Assembly (NCBI GenBank): GCA_964016885.1
Contig: OZ024744.1
Location: 1,488,001 to 1,552,000, forward strand
DNA length: 64,000 bases
From: Eledone cirrhosa
Lineage: Eukaryota
Reading direction: 5' to 3'
The notes under the pieces are model-generated. The model was given only the letters and a program-made list of their open reading frames with translations. It made no database searches and was not told the origin of the DNA. Made by a program: the position numbers and the translations under genes. Positions within the stretch are counted from its first letter, which is position 1, and each line of letters opens with the position of its first letter. Shown here piece by piece: positions 54,601-64,000 of this stretch.

Positions 54601-57260
54601 AAAACGTCATTCTTCACCAAGCTATCTTTCTCTAACTTGTCTTCCCTCAAAACGTCGTTCTTCACCAAGCTATCTTTCTCTACCTTGTCTTCCCCCAAAA
54701 CTTCGTTCTTCACCAAGCTATCTTTCTCTACCTTGTCTTCCCCCAAAACTTCGTTCTTCGCAAGCTATCTTTCTCTACCTTGTCTTCCCCCAAAACTTCG
54801 TTCTTCGCAAGCTATCTTTCTCTACCTTGTCTTCCCCCAAAACTTCGTTCTTCAGCAAGCTATCTTTCTCTACCTTGTCTTCCCCTAAAACTTCGTTCTT
54901 CACCAAGCTATCTTTCTCTACCTCGTCTTCCCACAAAACGTCGTTCTTCACCAAGCTATCTTTCTCTACCTTGTCTTCCCTCAAAACGTCGTTCTTCACC
55001 AAGCTATCTTTCTCTACCTTGTCTTCCCTCAAAACTTCGTTCTTCACCAAGATATCTTTCTCTACCTTGTCTCCTCCCAAAACTTCGTTCTTCACCAAGC
55101 TATCTTTCTCTACCTTGTCTTCCCTCAGAACTTCGTTCTTCACCAAGCTATCTTTCTCTACCTTGTCTTCCCCCAAAACTTCGTTCTTCACCAAGCTATC
55201 TTTCTCTACATTGTCTTCCCCAAAACTTCGTTCTTCACCAAGCTATCTTTCACGACCTTGTCTTCCCTCAAAACGTCGTTCTTCACCAAGCTATCTTTCT
55301 CTACCTTGTCTTCCCCCAAACTTCGTTCTTCACCAAGCTATCTTTCTCTACCTTGTCTTCCCCCAAAACTTCGTTCTTCACCAAGCTATCTTTCTCTATC
55401 TCGTCTTCCCTCAAAACTTCGTTCTTCACCAAGCTATCTTTCTCTACATTGTCTTCCCCAAAACTTCGTTCTTCACCAAGCTATCTTTCACGACCTTGTC
55501 TTCCCTCAAAACGTCGTTCTTCACCAAGCTATCTTTCTCTACCTTGTCTTCCCCCAAACTTCGTTCTTCACCAAGCTATCTTTCTCTACCTTGTCTTCCC
55601 CCAAAACTTCGTTCTTCACCAAGCTATCTTTCTCTACCTCGTCTTCCCCCAAAACTTCGTTCTTCACCAAGCTATCTTTCTCTACCTTGTCTTCCTCCAA
55701 AACTTCGTTCTTCACCAAGCTATCTTTCTCTACCTTGTCTTCCCCCAAAACTTCGTTCTTCACCAAGCTATCTTTCTCTACCTTGTCTTCCCTCAAAACG
55801 TCGTTCTTCACCAAGCTATCTTTCTCTACCTTGTCTTCCCCCAAAACTTCGTTCTTCACCAAGCTATCTTTCTCTACCTTGTCTTCCCCCAAAACTTCGT
55901 TCTTCACCAAGCTATCTTTCTCTACCTCGTCTTCCCTCAAAATTTCGTTCTTCACCAAGCTATCTTTCTCTACCTTGTCTTCCCCCAAAACTTCGTTCTT
56001 CACCAAGTCATCTTTCTCTACCTTGTCTTCCCTCAAAACTTCGTTCTTCACCAAGCTATCTTTCTCTACCTTTCCTTCCCCTAAAACTTCGTTCTTCACC
56101 AAGCTATCTTTCTCTACCTTGTCTTCCCCCAAAACTTCGTTCTTCACCAAGCTATCTTTCTCTACATTGTCTTCCCCAAAACTTCGTTCTTCACCAAGCT
56201 ATCTTTCACGTCCTTGTCTTCCCTCAAAACGTCGTTCTTCACCAAGCTATCTTTCTCTACCTTGTCTTCCCCCAAACTTCGTTCTTCACCAAGCTATCTT
56301 TCTCTACCTTGTCTTCCCCCAAAACTTCGTTCTTCACCAAGCTATCTTTCTCTACCTCGTCTTCCCTCAAAACTTTGTTCTTCACCAAGCTATCTTTCTC
56401 TACCTTGTCTTCCCCCAAAACTTCGTTCTTCACCAAGCTATCTTTCTCTACCTTGTCTTCCCCCAAAACTTCGTTCTTCACCAAGCTATCTTTCTCTACC
56501 TTGTCTTCCCTCAAAACGTCGTTCTTCACCAAGCTATCTTTCTCTACCTTGTCTTCCCCCAAAACTTCGTTCTTCACCAAGCTATCTTTCTCTACCTTGT
56601 CTTCCCCCAAAACTTCGTTCTTCACCAAGCTATCTTTCTCTACCTCGTCTTCCCTCAAAACTTCGTTCTTCACCAAGCTATCTTTCTCTACCTTGTCTTC
56701 CCCCAAAACTTCGTTCTTCACCAAGTCATCTTTCTCTACCTTGTCTTCCCTCAAAACTTCGTTCTTCACCAAGCTATCTTTCTCTACCTTGTCTTCCCCT
56801 AAAACTTCGTTCTTCACCAAGCTATCTTTCTCTACCTTATCTTCCCCCAAAACTTCGTTCTTCACCAAGCTATCTTTCTCTACCTTGTCTTCCCCCAAAA
56901 CTTCGTTCTTCACCAAGCTATCTTTCTCTACCTTCTCTTCCCTCAAAACGTCGTTCTTCACCAAGCTATCTTTCTCTACCTTGTCTACCCCCAAAACTTC
57001 GTTCTTCACCAAGCTATCTTTCTCTACCTCGTCTTCCCTCAAAACTTCGTTCTTCACCAAGCTATCTTTCTCTACCTTGTCTTCCCACAAAACGTCATTC
57101 TTCACCAAGCTATCTTTCTCTAACTTGTCTTCCCTCAAAACGTCGTTCTTCACCAAGCTATCTTTCTCTACCTTGTCTTCCCCCAAAACTTCGTTCTTCA
57201 CCAAGCTATCTTTCTCTACCTTGTCTTCCCCCAAAACTTCGTTCTTCGCAAGCTATCTTT
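51611..57260. repeat. Array domain 4: consensus-rich monomers with a 3542-bp (74-monomer) offset duplication
   Basis: ORFs 51997/55539 and 52715/56257 are offset 3542 = 74x48-10; paired rare variants CTTTCCTTCCCCT, TTTCACGTCC, CCTTATCTTC, CTTCTCTTCC and GTCTACCCCC. The CCCCTCAAAAAGTCG marker is absent. Confidence 0.88.
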
Positions 57261-60200
57261 CTCTACCTTGTCTTCCCCCAAAACTTCGTTCTTCAGCAAG
57301 CTATCTTTCTCTACCTTGTCTTCCCCTAAAACTTCGTTCTTCACCAAGCTATCTTTCTCTACCTCGTCTTCCCACAAAACGTCGTTCTTCACCAAGCTAT
57401 CTTTCTCTACCTTGTCTTCCCTCAAAACGTCGTTCTTCACCAAGCTATCTTTCTCTACCTTGTCTTCCCTCAAAACATCGTCCTTCACCAAGCTATCTTT
57501 TTCTACCTTGTCTTCCCCCAAAACTTCGTTCTTCACCAAGCTATCTTTCTCTAGCTTGTCTTCACACAAAACTTCGTTCTTCACCAAGCTATCTTTCTCT
57601 ACCTTGTCTTCCCACAAAACGTCATTCTTCACCAAGCTATCTTTCTCTACCTTGTCTTCCGTCGAAACTTCGTTCTTCACCAAGATATCTTTCTCTACCT
57701 TGTTTTCTCCCAAAACTTCGTTCTTCACCAAGCTATCTTTCTCTAGCTTGTCTTCACACAAAACTTCGTTCTTCACCAAGCTATCTTTCTCTACCTTGTC
57801 TTCCCACAAAACGTCATTCTTCACCAAGCTATCTTTCTCTACCTTGTCTTCCGTCGAAACTTCGTTCTTCACCAAGATATCTTTCTCTACCTTGTTTTCT
57901 CCCAAAACTTCGTTCTTCACCAAGCTATCTTTCTCTACCTTGTCTTGCCTCAGAACTTCGTTCTTCAACAAGCTATCTTTCTCTACCTTGTCTTCCCTAA
58001 AAACGTCGTTCTTCACCAAGCTATCTTTCTCTACCTTGTCTTCCCTCAAAACATCGTTCTTCACCAAGCTATCTTTCTCTACCTTGTCTTCACACAAAAC
58101 TTCGTTCTTCACCAAGCTATCTTTCTCTACCTTGTCTTCCCACAAAACGTCATTCTTCACCAAGCTATCTTTCTCTACCTTGTCTTCCGTCAAAACTTCG
58201 TTCTTCACCAAGATATCTTTCTCTACCTTGTCTTCTCCCAAAACTTCGTTCTTCACCAAGCTATCTTTCTCTACCTTGTCTTCCCTCAGAAATTCGTTCT
58301 TCACCAAGCTATCTTTCTCTACCTTGTCTTCCCCCAAAACGTCGTTCTTCACCAAGCTATCTTTCTCTACATTGTCTTCCCCAAAACTTCGTTCTTCACC
58401 AAGCTATCTTTCTCTACCTTGTCTTTCATCAAAACGTCGTTCTTCACCAAGCTCTCTTTCTCTACCTTGTCTTCCCCCAAAACTTCGTTCTTCACCAAGC
58501 TATCTTTCTCTACCTTGAATTCCCCCAAAACTTCGTTCTTCACCAAGCTATCTTTCTCTACCTTGTCTTCCCCCAAAACTTCGTTCTTCACCAAGCTATC
58601 TTTCTCTACCTTGTCTTCCCCCAAAACTTCTTTCTTCACCAAGTCATCTTTCTCTACCTTGTCATCCTTCAAAACTTCGTTCTTCACCAATCTATCTTTC
58701 TCTGCCTTGTCTTCCCCCAAAACTTCGTTCTTCACCAAGCTATCTTTCTCTACCTTGTCTTCACACAAAACTTCGTTCTTCACCAAGCTATCTTTCTCTA
58801 CCTTGTCTTCCCACAAAACGTCATTCTTCACCAAGTTATCTTTCTCTACCTTGTCTTCCGTCAAAACTTCTTTCTTCACCAAGATATCTTTCTCTACCTT
58901 GTCTTCTCCCAAAACTTCGTTCTTCACCAAGCTATCTTTCTCTACCTTGTCTTCCCTCAGAACTTCGTTCTTCACCAAGCTATCTTTCTCTACCTTGTCT
59001 TCCCCGAAAACTTCGTTCTTCACCAAGCTATCTTTCTCTACATTGTCTTCCCCAAAACTTCGTTCTTCACCAAGCTATCTTTCTCTACCTTGTCTTTCAT
59101 CAAAACGTCGTTCTTCACCAAGCTCTCTTTCTCTACCTTGTCTTCCCCCAAAACTTCGTTCTTCGCCAAGCTATCTTTCTCTACCTTGTCTTCCCCCAAA
59201 ACTTCGTTCTTCACCAAGCTATCTTTCTCTACCTTGTCTTCCCACAAAACGTCGTTCTTCACCAAGCTATCTTTCTCTACCTTGTCTTCCCTCAAAACGT
59301 CGTTCTTCACCAAGCTATCTTTCTCTACCTTGTCTTCTCTCAAAACATCGTTCTTCACCAAGCTATCTTTCTCTACCTTGTCTTCCCTCAAAACTTCGTT
59401 CTTCACCAAGCTATCTTTCTCTACCTTGTCTTCCCCCAAAACTTCGTTCTTCACCAAGCTATCTTTCTCTACCTTGTCTTCTCCCAAAACTTCGTTATTC
59501 ACCAAGCTATCTTTCTCTACCTTGTCTTCCCTCAAAACTTCGTTCTTCACCAAGCTATCTTTCTCTACCTTGTCTTCCCCCAAAACTTCGTTCTTCACCA
59601 AGTCATCTTTCTCTACCTTGTCATCCCTCAAAACTTTGTTCTTCACCAATCTATCTTTCTCTACCTTGTCTTCCCCCAAAACTTCGTTCTTCACCAAGCT
59701 ATCTTTCTCTACCTTGTCTTCCCCCAAAACTTCTTTCTTCACCAAGTCATCTTTCTCTACCTTGTCATCCTTCAAAACTTCATTCTTCACCAATCTATCT
59801 TTCTCTGCCTTGTCTTCCCCCAAAACTTCGTTCTTCACCAAGCTATCTTTCTCTACCTTGTCTTCACACAAAACTTCGTTCTTCACCAAGCTATCTTTCT
59901 CTACCTTGTCTTCCCACAAAACGTCATTCTTCACCAAGCTATCTTTCTCTACCTTGTCTTCCGTCAAAACTTCTTTCTTCACCAAGATATCTTTCTCTAC
60001 CTTGTCTTCTCCCAAAACTTCGTTCTTCACCAAGCTATCTTTCTCTACCTTGTCTTCCCCGAAAACTTCGTTCTTCACCAAGCTATCTTTCTCTACATTG
60101 TCTTCCCCAAAACTTCGTTCTTCACCAAGCTATCTTTCTCTACCTTGTCTTTCATCAAAACGTCGTTCTTCACCAAGCTCTCTTTCTCTACCTTGTCTTC

Positions 60201-63200
60201 CCCCAAAACTTCGTTCTTCGCCAAGCTATCTTTCTCTACCTTGTCTTCCCCCAAAACTTCGTTCTTCACCAAGCTATCTTTCTCTACCTTGTCTTCCCAC
60301 AAAACGTCGTTCTTCACCAAGCTATCTTTCTCTACCTTGTCTTCCCTCAAAACGTCGTTCTTCACCAAGCTATCTTTCTCTACCTTGTCTTCCCCCAAAA
60401 CTTCGTTCTTCACCAAGCTATCTTTCTCTACCTTGTCTTCTCCCAAAACTTCGTTATTCACCAAGCTATCTTTCTCTACCTTGTCTTCCCTCAAAACTTC
60501 GTTCTTCACCAAGCTATCTTTCTCTACCTTGTCTTCCCCCAAAACTTCGTTCTTCACCAAGTCATCTTTCTCTACCTTGTCATCCCTCAAAACTTTGTTC
60601 TTCACCAATCTATCTTTCTCTACCTTGTCTTCCCCCAAAACTTCGTTCTTCACCAAGCTATCTTTCTCTAGCTTGTCTTCACACAAAACTTCGTTCTTCA
60701 CCAAGCTATCTTTCTCTACCTTGTCTTCCCACAAAACGTCATTCTTCACCAAGCTATCTTTCTCTACCTTGTCTTCCGTCAAAACTTCGTTCTTCACCAA
60801 GATATCTTTCTCTACCTTGTCTTCTCCCAAAACTTCGTTCTTCACCAAGCTATCTTTCTCTACCTTGTCTTCCCTCAGAACTTCGTTCTTCACCAAGCTA
60901 TCTTTCTCTACCTTGTCTTCCCCGAAAACTTCGTTCTTCACCAAGCTATCTTTCTCTACATTGTCTTCCCCAAAACTTCGTTCTTCACCAAGCTATCTTT
61001 CTCTACCTTGTCTTTCATCAAAACGTCGTTCTTCACCAAGCTCTCTTTCTCTACCTTGTCTTCCCCCAAAACTTCGTTCTTCGCCAAGCTATCTTTCTCT
61101 ACCTTGTCTTCCCCCAAAACTTCGTTCTTCACCAAGCTATCTTTCTCTACCTTGTCTTCCCACAAAACGTCGTTCTTCACCAAGCTATCTTTCTCTACCT
61201 TGTCTTCCCTCAAAACGTCGTTCTTCACCAAGCTATCTTTCTCTACCTTGTCTTCCCCCAAAACTTCGTTCTTCACCAAGCTATCTTTCTCTACCTTGTC
61301 TTCTCCCAAAACTTCGTTATTCACCAAGCTATCTTTCTCTACCTTGTCTTCCCTCAAAACTTCGTTCTTCACCAAGCTATCTTTCTCTACCTTGTCTTCC
61401 CCCAAAACTTCGTTCTTCACCAAGTCATCTTTCTCTACCTTGTCATCCCTCAAAACTTTGTTCTTCACCAATCTATCTTTCTCTACCTTGTCTTCCCCCA
61501 AAACTTCGTTCTTCACCAAGCTATCTTTCTCTAGCTTGTCTTCACACAAAACTTCGTTCTTCACCAAGCTATCTTTCTCTACCTTGTCTTCCCACAAAAC
61601 GTCATTCTTCACCAAGCTATCTTTCTCTACCTTGTCTTCCGTCAAAACTTCGTTCTTCACCAAGATATCTTTCTCTACCTTGTCTCCTCCCAAAACTTCG
61701 TTCTTCACCAAGCTATCTTTCTCTACCTTGTCTTCCCTCAGAACTTCGTTCTTCACCAAGCTATCTTTCTCTACCTTGTCTTCCCCCAAAACTTCGTTCT
61801 TCACCAAGCTATCTTTCTCTACATTGTCTTCCCCAAAACTTCGTTCTTCACCAAGCTATTTTTCACGACCTTGTCTTCCCTCAAAACGTCGTTCTTCACC
61901 AAGCTATCTTTCTCTACCTTGTCTTCCCCCAAACTTCGTTCTTCACCAAGCTATCTTTCTCTACCTTGTCTTCCCCCAAAACTTCGTTCTTCACCAAGCT
62001 ATCTTTCTCTACCTCGTCTTCCCTCAAAACTTTGTTCTTCACCAAGCTATCTTTCTCTACCTTGTCTTCCCCCAAAACTTCGTTCTTCACCAAGCTATCT
62101 TTCTCTACCTTGTCTTCCCCCAAAACTTCGTTCTTCACCAAGCTATCTTTCTCTACCTTGTCTTCCCTCAAAACGTCGTTCTTCACCAAGCTATCGTTCT
62201 CTACCTTGTCTTCCCCCAACACTTCGTTCTTCACCAAGCTATCTTTCTCTACCTTGTCTTCCCCCAAAACGTCGTTCTTCACCAAGCTATCTTTCTCTAC
62301 CTCGTCTTCCCTCAAAACTTCGTTCTTCACCAAGCTATCTTTCTCTACCTTGTCTTCCCCCAAAACTTCGTTCTTCACCAAGTCATCTTTCCCTACCTTG
62401 TCTTCCCTCAAAACTTCGTTCTTCACCAAGATATCTTTCTCTACCTTGTCTTCCCCTAAAACTTCGTTCTTCACCAAGCTATCTTTCTCTACCTTGTCTT
62501 CCCCCAAAACTTCGTTCTTCACCAAGCTATCTTTCTCTACCTTGTCTTCCCCCAAAACTTCGTTCTTCACCAAGCTATCTTTCTCTACCTTGTCTTCCCT
62601 CAAAACGTCGTTCTTCACCAAGCTATCTTTCTCTACCTTGTCTTCCCCCAAAACTTCGTTCTTCACCAAGCTATCTTTCTCTACCTCGTCTTCCCTCAAA
62701 ACTTCGTTCTTCACCAAGCTATCTTTCTCTACCTTGTCTTCCCACAAAACGTCATTCTTCACCAAGCTATCTTTCTCTACCTTGTCTTCCCCCAAAATTT
62801 CGTTCTTCAGCAAGCTATCTTTCTCTACCTTGTCTTCCCACAAAACATCGTTCTTCACCAAGCTATCTTTCTCTACCTTGTCTTCCCTCAAAACGTCGTT
62901 CTTCACCAAGCTATCTTTCTGTACCTTGTCTTCCCTCAAAACATCGTTCTTCACCAAGCTATCTTTCTCTACCTTGTCTTCTCCCAAAACTTCGTTATTC
63001 ACCAAGCTATCTTTCTCTACCTTGTCTTCCCTCAAAACTTCGTTCTTCACCAAGCTATCTTTCTCTACCTTGTCTTCCCCCAAAACTTCGTTCTTCACCA
63101 AGCTATCTTTCTCTACCTTGTCTTCCCCCAAAACTTCGTTCTTCACCAAGCTATCTTTCTCTAGCTTGTCTTCACACAAAACTTCGTTCTTCACCAAGCT

Positions 63201-64000
63201 ATCTTTCTCTACCTTGTCTTCCCACAAAACGTCATTCTTCACCAAGCTATCTTTCTCTACCTTGTCTTCCGTCGAAATTCGTTCTTCACCAAGATATCTT
63301 TCTCTACCTTCTTTTCTCCCAAAACTTCGTTCTTCACCAAGCTATCTTTCTCTACCTTGTCTTCCCTCAGAACTTCGTTCTTCACCAAGCTATCTTTCTC
63401 TACCTTGTCTTCCCTCAAAACTTCGTTCTTCACCAAGCTATCTTTCTCTACCTTGTCTTCCCCCAAAACTTCGTTCTTCACCAAGCTATCTTTCTCTACC
63501 TTGTCTTCCCCCAAAACTTCGTTCTTCACCAAGCTATCTTTCTCTACCTTGTCTTCCCCCAAAACTTCTTTCTTCACCAAGTCATCTTTCTCTACCTTGT
63601 CATCCCTCAAAACTTCGTTCTTCACCAATCTATCTTTCTCTGCCTTGTCTTCCCCCAAAACTTCGTTCTTCACCAAGCTATCTTTCTCTACCTTGTCTTT
63701 ACACAAAACTTCGTTCTTCACCAAGCTATCTTTCTCTACCTTGTCTTCCCACAAAACGTCATTCTTCACCAAGCTATCTTTCTCTACCTTGTCTTCCGTC
63801 AAAACTTCGTTCTTCACCAAGATATCTTTCTCTACCTTGTCTTCTCCCAAAACTTCGTTCTTCACCAAGCTATCTTTCTCTACCTTGTCTTCCCTCAAAA
63901 CGTCGTTCTTCACCAAGCTATCTTTCTCTACCTTGTCTTCCCTCAAAACATCGTTCTTCACCAAGCTATCTTTCTCTACCTTGTCTTCTCCCAAAACTTC
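57261..64000. repeat. Array domain 5: 14-, 22- and 18-mer units each opened by one 47-bp monomer; 863-bp tandem pair
   Basis: Units 58347-59017 (671 bp), 59018-60072 (1055 bp), 60073-60935 and 60936-61798 (863 = 18x48-1). Marker CTTCGCCAAG at 59161, 60216 and 61079. Confidence 0.87.

Larger units (their letters stand above)
1..64000. repeat. 48-bp tandem satellite array, ~1,336 head-to-tail monomers, open at both window edges
   Basis: Consensus CTTCACCAAGCTATCTTTCTCTACCTTGTCTTCCCCCAAAACTTCGTT recurs continuously in one orientation; most monomers differ from consensus by 0-3 bases. The ORF track shows the same 16-aa periodicity throughout. Monomer and deletion count closes arithmetically to 64,000. 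Confidence 0.99.

Noticed and set aside
26-62459. Giant + strand ORFs of up to 5039 aa in all three frames
   Set aside because: The 48-bp consensus has no TAA/TAG/TGA on the + strand, so all frames are open by construction. They overlap each other, start at non-ATG codons and rotate among three peptides at each 47-bp monomer.
21-63994. About 100 minus-strand ORFs as a tandem gene family or variable antigen cassettes
   Set aside because: No unique leader, signal peptide, terminus or intergenic DNA; starts are TTG inside the repeat; lengths simply equal the distance between frameshift monomers.
1-64000. CRISPR array (conserved part as repeat, variable part as spacer)
   Set aside because: The variable part is point variants of one sequence, not unique spacers; no leader or cas genes.
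1-64000. Programmed frameshifting or RNA editing restoring one giant minus-strand protein
   Set aside because: It would need 125 corrections at several different sequence contexts; no supporting signal is visible, and amplified neutral deletions explain the pattern more simply.
1-64000. Deletions as pure homopolymer sequencing errors
   Set aside because: They recur at fixed HOR positions, F1 is tightly linked to a substitution while the same substitution also occurs with an intact C5, and F2 is not in a long homopolymer. Not formally excluded without reads.
1-64000. Canonical G-quadruplex or telomeric repeat
   Set aside because: Only one G-run of three or more per 48 bp on the minus strand, often interrupted; no TTAGGG/TTTAGGG-type unit.
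1-64000. Assignment to a named satellite family or organism
   Set aside because: I do not recognise the monomer with confidence; a shared 48-bp length with known satellites is not evidence. A Dfam/Repbase/nt search is required.

Overview
The whole window is one uninterrupted, head-to-tail tandem array of a 48-bp unit, consensus CTTCACCAAGCTATCTTTCTCTACCTTGTCTTCCCCCAAAACTTCGTT (about 44% GC, 75% pyrimidine on the + strand). By hand I count 1,336 monomers carrying 125 single-base deletions and no insertions; 1336x48 - 125 - 3 (last unit truncated) = 64,000, which closes exactly. I see no unique sequence, inversion, transposon, RNA gene or CRISPR spacer. Monomer variants are ordered into higher-order repeats (35-mer/1676 bp, 25-mer/1195 bp, 18-mer/863 bp) nested in multi-kb duplications (2256, 3542, 3688, 4596, 5648 bp and long-range ~10.7 and ~20.9 kb offsets), and the variant repertoire changes in layers from left to right. 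This is what a homogenised satellite array of a eukaryotic (peri)centromeric or heterochromatic type looks like. The giant + strand ORFs are artefacts of a stop-free 3n unit. The most intriguing feature is that the only open minus-strand frame reads a protein-like 16-aa repeat (NEVLGEDKVEKDSLVK), suggesting the satellite may derive from a coding repeat. I cannot name the organism or satellite family, and I find no direct evidence for a functional gene system.
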